From Camelus ferus (Eukaryota), in contig NC_045697.1 of assembly GCF_009834535.1 (NCBI RefSeq), forward strand, positions 46,130,001 to 46,194,000: a stretch of DNA of 64,000 nucleotides. Reading direction: 5' to 3'. Positions 38,762 through 48,509 of this stretch are shown piece by piece. Within the stretch, counting starts at the first letter, position 1. Each line of letters starts with the position of its first letter. The notes below the pieces were generated by a model. The model was not told where the DNA came from. It saw nothing but the letters and a program-made list of their open reading frames with translations, and searched no databases. The translations under genes and the position numbers were made by a program.

Positions 38762-41700
38762 ATATTTACATATTCACACTGGAAGACAAGAGGATGCCAA
38801 AGAAGCAGACAGACAGTGGAGAATTTTTCCTAAACTTATATTTCCCACAGGGAGGTCTCTGGAAAGGGCTTATGAGGAGACTGGGGGAGGCAGAGAGTAA
38901 CTTCATGGAGGGGTATTGCATTGTCTAGCCTCACCATGGAGAGTAAGGAACTTTCTAAGGGATAACTTAGAGCCAAGAAGAGGCAGACTTGCTGAGCTGA
39001 ATAAAGGTTTACATGTATGGGGAGGGGGCACTTTGTTTTTAATAAATATACATGGCAATCCCATTATGGGCCTGTTCCTTAGCAAGGATTACAGTGGGTT
39101 CAATAGCTGATAAATGAATTAATCTTTCCCAGGTTCATTCTGGGACAGCCAGAGATGCAAAAGATGGATAATCTTATAGCCAGGGTCCCAACTGCTGGGA
39201 TCATTACTCCTGACACATTTTTCTCTCTTTCTCAATCAATGTTAACTGTTTTTCATGCTGCTGCTACTACTGTAACTATTGTCATTATAGTTATAACCTA
39301 CCTTTCTCAAGTTTAAAACTTTCTATCTGAGGGATCTCAAGTTCCACTTGCCTTTCTGCTGGAGTTCAGCTTTGAGCTGGATAGTCTTTGAGAGCTTTGT
39401 TTAATTCATTTTCTCTCCTGGATCTAAGCTGTAGTCAACTGGCTTAATGGCTTCTGGGTATGACTTCTAGCAGGACAAACTGGTGCTACTGAAAGCAACC
39501 ACCACAGGTCTGAAATCAATGTCTCATGCTCACCTGTGTCAAAGTAACCTGTGAGCCAGATCTAATATCCAGCATCCTGACCCCTTGGATTCTCCCAGAT
39601 TTTGTACCCCTCTCCAGATGAATGGCTAGAGATCTGGCAAGGAATTTTCTATCAAATCTGCAGGTTACAAAGACCTTCCCAGAATTATACACACAGTCTT
39701 TGAATATCTCTTTGTAGGAGGGGTAGGGTAGGAGGAAGGAAATGCAGGCAGTCAGCCACTCTGAATCTCCTTGCCCTCTGGGCCAGGCTCTCTAGGGAGA
39801 CTGGGGCTGAAGGAGTGTCCAGTAGTCTCAAGTGGGAGGGAGCATCAGATTTTGAGAAGACTGATTCTAGGCTGGGAATGTCATCAAGGTGAGAGGCTCT
39901 GCATCAGATTTCTTTACAAAGCCAGGAGAAGGGACATTATCCCAATACCTGGTACCTGAATGTCTAGTTCCTGAGTTAAAAGAGAGATGCTTATTGAAAC
40001 ACAGTGGGTTCCCACTGGGCAGATTTTCGATTCCCTGGCACTTGATCACAGCTGGCCCTCTGAAGCATGGACTTAGATTATAAACTGGGCTGCAGGCAGA
40101 TAAGCAGCATAAGGCAATCCTCTCCTGGAAAGGGGGTCTAGGCAGAACACACACATGCCCAGGACTTTCTAGCTTGGAATCCATCGACTGCACTTTCCTG
40201 AAGCCTGAGGAAAGACACATTTGATTTTCTCTAAGGAAAAGGGAGGCGAGAAATAAAAGGAATGAAAAAGACTAGGGGAGTAGATATCAATCAGTGACCA
40301 GAACAGTGATGATTCCCATTGCTTTGTTAGAGCCTTGGAAATACAGTTTAGTTTTTTCACAAACTATGTTCTTATACCCAAAGCACTCCCCTGGTTGTAT
40401 TGTAAATTGGACCGTTTGAGTGAAAACCACCTTTCATGATTTCATTTCAAATGAATTGCAGGTGTTTCATAATTTAATCCAGGGGTGTTAATCTAGCATC
40501 AGTGGGGGAATGTCTCCCTAAACATTAAATGAAAGGCCTATAGCTTTTAACAGGTTTACATAAGCACTAAAAAATTACCAATGTAGGTCTTTTTAACATT
40601 CTAATACTTAGGAGAAGCTGTCTCTTAAGGAATTCAAAGATCAGCTTGTCACAAACAATATTAACAGCATGACTACTATAAACAATATTGTATGCACATT
40701 ACAAAGTGGCAAAAATAATAGGGGGATTGAAAATTTTATTTGTTCTCTTGAACTTACTGATTGAAAAGCCAATTTCCAGATTGATTTGATAGTCTTCTGA
40801 TGATGTAATATAAAGGTAGCCAAGATATAATTCATAACATCTCTAAAGTTTTAAGGAAAACCCATATATAAAAAATAAACAATATCCTGAATTAGAAAAT
40901 ATATCATTCACAAATTCCTAAGAAGAATAAACATATTGAATTTAAAAACCTGAATGTTGAGTTTCCTGAAGGCCTCAAATCCAATTTAGGTCTGAACAAT
41001 TTTATACCTGATCAGACATGGTTCTCTCCGTGGGTGTATGTGTGTGTGTGTGTGAGAGAGAGAGACTTCTCTTGGCTGCATGTCTACATAGTCACTTCTC
41101 CCTGTTGCTTGTTTTCATGTAAAATGGTTTTAAGAAAATAGTTTGTATTAAGTTATATAGGAGAACATTTGGTCTTGGAGAGGCAAAACAATAGAGTTCT
41201 AAAGAATATACTTTATACATATGATTTATTATCAAGTACCTTGTGTATATGATCAGTTGTCTCATAGCATTAGCTACATTCTAGAGTCAGTTTACCTGAG
41301 GCCCTAGGAAGTTAATGTTTCCAGACAGGGAGGGATCCTCTGAATTTGTGAAAATATCCCGGGAAAGTCAATCCTCTGACAGTGCAGCGGGTTCCATTTC
41401 TTATCTGGGGGACTGAATTAGCTTTTCTACCCCTGAAGCCACTCACAGCTGAGTTTGGGCCTAACGTTTGGGCCTCAAGGCAAAGCAGGGAAGTGCTTGC
41501 TAGCCACAGACAATTCCTGATGTCTGGATTCTCTGGTGCCCGTATCTCAGTAAAGGCACAGAGGGAAGAGTGCAGAGAAGGTCAAATGACAGAGACAGGC
41601 TCAGACGTGGGCTAATGAGATCTTCCTGAGAGAGACCCAGGGAGGATACTACCCCGACCGTATCACAAGGGCAGACAACGCTCCCACTACATTTGCGAGG

Positions 41701-42439
41701 AGTAACTAAAGAATGACACTGAATGGGGCTTGGGCAGAACCAGACAAGCCTTGAGAGAAGGGTCACTCTTCTAGAAGCAGCATTAGCAAACCATGAAAGT
41801 GAGGCAGGAAGAAGCCATGTGGCACTCTAGGTGCGTGACAGACACACCCTGGACTAAGCAGGTGGGAAGCATATGTAGACGTCCCCTTCCCCTCTTTTCC
41901 ACGTTCTCCAGCCTCCTTCCCCCTCCCTGGAATTAGTGCCAACTCTTGCCTCCTGCTGAGACTACTTTCCGCGTGGAAAGGCTTCTCGAGCTCTGGGCTT
42001 TCTGGGCAGCTCCTTTTACTCCAGCCCTCCGCCTCCATATGCCCCCTGTGTCCTCACCCGGCTCTCCCGTCTCCCCACCAGCCCCCTTTCCAAGGGCACG
42101 GGTCTGTGTTCCGATCTCTCAGTAGCTGGGCTGCCTGTGACCTCCCTCAGCCTTTGTTTCCTCCTCAAACTAAGGGTGCTGGCAAGAGGTGTCGCCGGGG
42201 TCGCGCGGAGGACTCAGGGAGGGAACGAGGGCGAGCGGGGCGAGCGCGCTTTGGAAAGCCAGTTGCTGAGCAGATGGTAAGGGATTACATCCAAGAGCCG
42301 GGGTTAGTTTCATTTCAGCCTTGGACATCCCAGAGAGATCTCAATGCCTTCATTAACGAACCTTCTCAGATGTCTAGAGAACTGACCCAAGAAGGACCAG
42401 CAACTCAGGTTCAGGCCACAACTCCATCAGGGGAACTAT

Positions 42440-42640
42440 AATGCCCGGGTTCAAATCCGGGCCCGTGGCGCTGTCCGTGCTTCAGGCCTTCATCTGAGAA
42501 CCGAGGGTAAGAAAGGGAACTCTTTTCACGAAGTTACCGAAGTTACCATGAGAGCTGAGTTGATATTTAGCAAGCGTAGAGAACAATGCCTGACACACAG
42601 TGAACAGCTATTTCGGTGCTGGCTATGTTACTGTTGGTAA
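42440..42640 (+). mobile_element. MIR SINE fragment retaining CpGs
   Basis: cccgggttcaaatcc (B-box) ... ttcatctgagaa ... gcgtagagaacaatgcctgacacacagtgaacagct. Confidence 0.6.
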
Positions 42641-42899
42641 CACTGTTTTCGCTTCCTTCTCGGAAAATTTAGGAATTGTATTGTGCACCCGCTTTCAAAG
42701 CCACTCAGTGAAGCCTGGGGATTTCTCGATGTTTCTAGGAAGGCTGGAAGGAGGTACCGGAGAATAAAGTAAGTAGGCGGGAGGAATGTGTTCAGGTGTT
42801 CAGGAACCCCCTCCCTCTACCACCCAAGGAAGGGCCCAAACACAGAATATAGAAGAGCAAGCAGTTTTCAGCCGGGAGGCTGGGAGACGGGACTTCTAT

Positions 42900-43530
42900 C
42901 CCTCACCAGCTGGGAGTTCTTTCTTTAGACCTGGCAGCCGCGCCACGTTACAGGCGCTGGGAGGTCCGGCGGCGAGGGCAGAGGGCTCAAGCAGTCCCAC
43001 CTGGCGCAACAAGAAGCCCGTAAACGCATCGCTGGTTGACTCCACTGCGGCGGCCGGAAAGCCAAAGCCTGGCGGGGCAGAGAAGCCTGGGGCCCGGGCC
43101 TCCCGCCCCGACCAGGTCCTCGGGCCTCGGGCCGGAGCGGCCCCGCCCCTTCCTCGAAGGGCGGCGGCTCGGACGCAGGCGGGACCCGAAGCGGGGTGGG
43201 CCGCCCTCCAGGACCACCCGTACGCACTCCAGCCCCGGGATCAGATCGGGACAAGGCACCGCCACCCGGGCCTCCGCCACGCCCAGGCCTGGGGCTGGGC
43301 GGGTTCCACGCCCGCCGCCTTCAGGCCCCGCCCCGACGCCCCGGTCTGCGCGGGGCATTGTGGGCCGCACCGCCGACGGAGCCCCGGGTCGGGCCCGGCT
43401 AACTCAGCCCTGAGCCGGCGGGTCTCTACCCCACAGCTGCAGTCTCACGCTCTGTGAAACTTCCCGCCCAGGCAGGGACCCGGAACAGCGGTCAGTGTGG
43501 GCTCTTTCTTCGGAAGGGTCCTGGAGCTAG
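42900..43530. promoter_or_regulatory. CpG island between the two promoters
   Basis: GC/CpG-dense with several GC boxes (CCCCGCCCC at about 43141 and 43326). Confidence 0.85.
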
Positions 43531-43900
43531 TGGTTAAGAGGTCGTCGAAATTTGGGATCTTAAGACACGTACGTTTGAACCCCAGGTCTGCAGTCTGTGT
43601 GTCTTTGCGCAGATCACCTAACCTCTCTGAACTTTAGTCTCCTCCTTTGTAAAATAGCAAAAACACCATTTGTCTCATTTGGGTGGCTATGAATATTGCA
43701 AAAGGAAGCCTGGGTCCCAAACCCAGCTGGACCATTGCTTGGGTTAATTTCTCTATTCTTCTGTTTCCTGTGAATTAAGGGGATCTGTGAACTAGGGTTA
43801 ATAATACTTACCTCAAAGGTCATAAGAAGTAAATGAGATAAGCCTATGAGAGCATTTAGTCTAGCACATAGTAAGAGCCCAAACAGTAAACTATTTAAAG
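43525..43900 (+). mobile_element. MIR SINE(s)
   Basis: tagtggttaagag...tttgaaccccagg...cacctaacctctctgaactttagtctcctcctttgtaaaat; ataatacttacctca...gcacatagtaagagc. Confidence 0.75.
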
Positions 43901-46799
43901 CATCTCAGTGTCTGCCACTTTGAAATGCTGGGTAAATGCAATTTTTTAATCTTAGCCCTCCCCCCCCCAATCTCTTTATCTTCTTCAGAGAGAGAAAAAA
44001 ATGCAAAGGTGCACGTTGGTATGTGGGTGGTAGTGCACACAGAATTGGGAAGAAGCAGTTTGTGGCAGAAAGTTAGGTGACACTTCTAGAAGCTGCAGGC
44101 CTTTCCTTCTGGCCTTCTCAGGGTAAGGTAAAAGAATACGAAAGGCAGGGGAAAGGAACTTAGAACATGCAAGATGCTCAACAAATGTTTCTTGCGTAGA
44201 AAATGGCATTTCAAATATTAATGAGACAAGGAGTCTGTCTGAAATGGAATGGGAAACCCAGGATTGGGACTGGCTTCCATCTCTCTGCACCTGGCTGCCA
44301 GTAGGCATGTTGGGAGCATTTCTATGTGACTTTAATGTCATGGCGTCTGGGAGAAGAAGATACAGGGGTGAATTATCTTGGGGTGAATTAGGCCTTTAGT
44401 GGAGGTTTGAAAATCTCTATATTTCCCCAAAGCTTGAAAATTCAATTTAGAGTCCAGGAGCTGACATTCACAGATATTCTGTCATCATCCTTACAGCTTA
44501 GGCCCTTTCAGAGTAGGGAGCATACCTACATCACCATATGCCTTATCACTGCCACACTCCTTCAATGCCAGAGTCCTTTGATTTTTCAAATGGGAGCACG
44601 AACATCCTTTTTTGTTGTTGTTGTTCTCTATAGATAATAGGATAATGGAGGATGATGTTTTACCAGGAACTAACAGGGCATTGGGGAAAACATGGCCCCA
44701 AACAGCATTCAAGACCACATCCTTCTGCTCTACTCCTGAGGGCAGAGAATGCTGACGCAGCAACAGCAATCTAAGGTATTTCATAAACTTCTGGCTTTTT
44801 GTCTGCTCTCCTCTCAGACCCTGACTAAAAAGTGTTAGCAGAAAGGAAAATAAAATGAGATGAAACCAATTCCTCAACCCTTACCCCCCCGGTGGGGAGG
44901 GCAAAGGCAACAACTGGTGAGAAGGAGCTGCAACTTGGAAAAGATTTATTTTTCCTGGCTATAAATCTCACCCCCTTGTTCCTCTGCCCAACGAAGCATG
45001 ATAAAGTCCTTTTCCATAAAGTATTCAGTATTAGAGCCACAAAGCTCCCCCAATCAGTAGCCATCTGCTTCTACCATAACTGCTGCTCCCGGAGCAGGGA
45101 AAGCAGCAGCAGAGAAAGGGCACCACTGTTAGGCTGCTGGACAAATGAGGAGGCTGAATAGCTTTGGTTTTCCTTGTGTATCTGTATCTATAGAGACAGG
45201 AGAAGAAAGGCCACATTATATTGATACAACAATTGTAAAACAAAACACGGAAGAGGCATCTAAAGGGCAATATCGCATGCATCAGGGGTCTCCAGATAAA
45301 AGGGGATCTAACAGATTTATAGAAACCTTTAATTGGTTTTCAATTGAAAGCTAAAGAGGCTGGGGCGAAGCTGTGGAGAGTGGCAAAGTGCTCTCCCTCA
45401 GCCGTCTGGGAGGCGTGATCGATTTCGCCGAGGGCGAGAAGAAGAATCCGGAACCTGCCCGACGCCTCGGCGAGAGCAGGGAACAACACTGCGTTGCGAG
45501 TTTAGCTCTGGGGCCAGGGAGTTACTGATTGGCTCATAATAACACAATCTCTCAATCTCTTTCTCTCTCTCTCTCCCTTCCTTCTTCCCTTCCTCCTACC
45601 CTCCTTCAGTCTGGTAGGTAAGTGGAGAGGGAAGGAAAGGATGCAAAAGTAAATCTAACTTCCCGTCCCCAGATAAATAGACCTCAGCTTAAAAACGCCA
45701 AGCTTTAAACCTGTTCATCAGCTAGTAGGGAGGCCCCTTTGAAAAAACAGGAGTCCCGCCCGCCCGCACCCTACCCGTATCCTCTCCTCTCTGCTTTTCT
45801 GGACTCAAACCGGAGAAGCTAAAAATCACTGGATACTCTCCACTTAGTACATGGAGAAGTTTTTGCTTGCGCCCAACGGGCTGGTTTCAGAGCGCATTTC
45901 TCCACTCAGCAGGCACCGCGCTCCTTTACTTAACCCCTTCCTGCCCGGCCGGCGGCGTCCCCCACAAGCTTCCGTGGCCAGTGCCCACCCACGCAGCAGC
46001 CCCAGACATCCGTCCGTCGGTTCCTAAGGCTAATTTATTGGCCCGACCCTCCATTATCTTTTTCGATTTCCTAATTAATCAAAGATAAAAGGCAATGGTG
46101 CAAATTACGATTATGAGGGAACTGGAAGACGGTTTTGAATAAAATGGGAGAAGGGAAATGTGATTGATGGAACCACATGATAGGGGGTACTGAAATCTCA
46201 AGTGATAGAAACAGGCCTCAGGGGGTAAAACCCTGACCCCTCTGTCCTGCCAGCGGGCTTCTTTGCCTGCCCTAACGCTGTCGCAAGGGGACAGTTCCAA
46301 ATGAGGTCACTTGGGTCCGAAGCCTTCGGAGGAAGGAGAACTGGGTTTCCTCTCAGGCTCCAACCTCATTAGGTGGCTACCGCCTAGCTAACTCTATCCG
46401 CCCCTCCACCCCCGCCAGCGCGCCAGCCCCTCCATCCCCAGCGCCAACACGCACTCCACAGCCGCCCCAGCGGAATTTCAGGACTATGGGCCAGGGATCC
46501 TAGTCCACAACAGGAACGCCCTTTGACTGAAATGCACCCTATTATTACGTTGCTGCGCCAAGCCTCAAGTCGCTCAGTTTTCCTTCTGTCTTTAAATATT
46601 CCTCCAGCGAGGCTAACTCTTCGTGAAATTGCAGGAAAACAAGTCTAGTAGGTCAGAGATTGCATTTGCTCCTGTAAGGGATTAATGGAGCCCCTGTCTG
46701 ATGCTGCTTTCCAGAATTACGTTCGGATTAAAAGGCAGACACGGCACGGGCACACATTTTGCATTCACTGGTGGCTGTGATTAATGTTTCCTAGGGGAT

Positions 46800-48250
46800 T
46801 TGTCTTGGGAACTTACAGAACGTGCTCTCGGAGGTCTAATGCCCGACAACCGCGCGTAGGGGCGAGCAGAGGGTCTGTGGGCACGCGCCAGAGCACTGGG
46901 GGATTAGAGGAGTCGTCAGATGGGCGCGCGATGCCAGGCCCCGCGGCCTTTAGCGCCTTCTTCCCTCCACCCCAGTCCCTGCACAACTGCTACGGAGTAG
47001 AGCAGTCAGGACTATCCCAAGAGGCGGACTTCAGGTCTTAACAGGAGTATGTATCAAAGAGTGCCCTCGAAGTGTCCTGGCTCCGGGGTGGGGGAAAAGG
47101 GCTCAGTACCAAACCACTGAACTTCATATATCCGTCCAGTTAAGGGAATTCCGAGCTCCGTGTTCAGGGGAGGCGCTGCTCCCAAATGCCTCACTCCCCG
47201 CCTCAAACCAGAGTCTACGGGCCCAGACCCGGAAGAGAGTGACTGCAGTCCCCTCAGGCCCCCCATTATCAGGGTTGCTTTCGGGGGCACCCAGGGGAGC
47301 ACCTGTGGAGAGCAGCCAGAGCCTGGGCAGGAAAAATATCCCCTTTCTCATTGCCCCGGGGGTCTGTCAAACCCTGACCGCGCGGGTAAAGAGACCAGAG
47401 AAAGAGAGGAAAGTTCCAGGATGCAAGGGAGCAGGCGGGGAGAAGGAAGGGAAACTGGCAAGGAAGGAAGAAAGAGAAGCAACTAGGAATCGAGTGAGAG
47501 CGTAGGGAGAAAAACGCAGAAAATGGGGAAGGGGGTGGTCGCAGTTGCTGGGCATTACCGCTCTCCGGCAGAAGGGGGCACCTTTCCGGCCTGGACAGCC
47601 TTCCACTCGGCTGGGGCAGGACGCCCTGGCGGGCCCACCCTCGGGCTGGGCTCCAGGGTGCTGGGCGCCCCCTCCTGGCGGCTTCGCGGCGCTCCGGGCG
47701 GTCCCGCGGATGCTCTGCTCCAGCGACTGCTCCGCTCCAGCGACTGCTCCGCCGGCGGCGCGGGGGACGTGGAGGAGGAGCCGGGAGGAGAGTCGGGAGA
47801 CGGTGTGAGGGTGTGACGGTGCTGCGGCGGCGAAGAGGCTCCCCGCTCCCCGCACCCTCCCCCGCGCCTTCCTCACCTGGGGCCTGCAGGGCCCCTTCAT
47901 CGCGGGCACAGCTCCTGCGCGCTCCTCGGCGGCCCCGGCTCCCGCACCGATCCGAGCCGGCGGCGGAGCCCGCCCTCCTCGCCGAGCGATCGCAGTCTCT
48001 GCTGCAGCAGCTGGGAGGGAGGGAGCGACCGCCGGCTGCTGCCGGGCGGCGTCTGGGGGCCGCGAGCCGAGCGCGAGGAGCCGCCATCTGGAGCCTGGCA
48101 GCGGGCGGGGGTGCGGGTGCAAGGGAAAGGGCCTGGCGGCTCGGCCTGGGGTACACGAGGGGCCGGGGTCCGAGCGTGGGAGCGCGTGCTTGAGTGCTTG
48201 TGGTGGAGTGTGCGTGAGGGTGTATGGCCCCTGGGGAAGAGGAGCAGAAC
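46800..48250. promoter_or_regulatory. Distal promoter CpG island
   Basis: Long GC/CpG-dense stretch with a first-exon-like donor, a YY1-like AGATGGCGGC (minus, 48089-48080) and a CTCF motif. Confidence 0.85.
47877..48230 (-). other. PRDM8: Probable distal first exon of PRDM8
   Basis: Inside the densest upstream CpG island; donor CAG|GTGAGG at 47877/47876; TATA-like TTAAAAG at 48264-48258. Human PRDM8 is known to have an upstream promoter in addition to the internal one. Exon use is inferred. Confidence 0.5.
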
Positions 48251-48374
48251 CCTGCCCCTTTTAAGTCCCCTGAATTCCGGAACATTCCCTACAGGCAGGT
48301 CTAGCAAAAGAGAGGGGGGACCAGCGTGGCAGCCCCTCCTCCCACCAGCCATTTCCCCAGGAGGTTGGAGAGCT

Positions 48375-48509
48375 GGGGATGGGGATGGGGATGGGGATGG
48401 GGATGGGGATGGGGATGGGGCTGGGGATGGGGATGGGGATGGGGCTGGGGATGGGGCTGGGGCTGGGGATGGGGATGGGGATGGGGATGGGGATGGGGCG
48501 GGGGGGGGG
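48375..48509 (+). repeat. Hexanucleotide tandem repeat (GGGGAT/GGGGCT) x20 followed by GGGGC and G10
   Basis: Read directly: 20 units at 48375-48494 (AT x7, CT, AT x3, CT, AT, CT, CT, AT x5). Confidence 0.97.

Noticed and set aside
42786..43457. 223-aa + strand ORF and overlapping ORFs
   Set aside because: GC-rich island composition with no domain signature.
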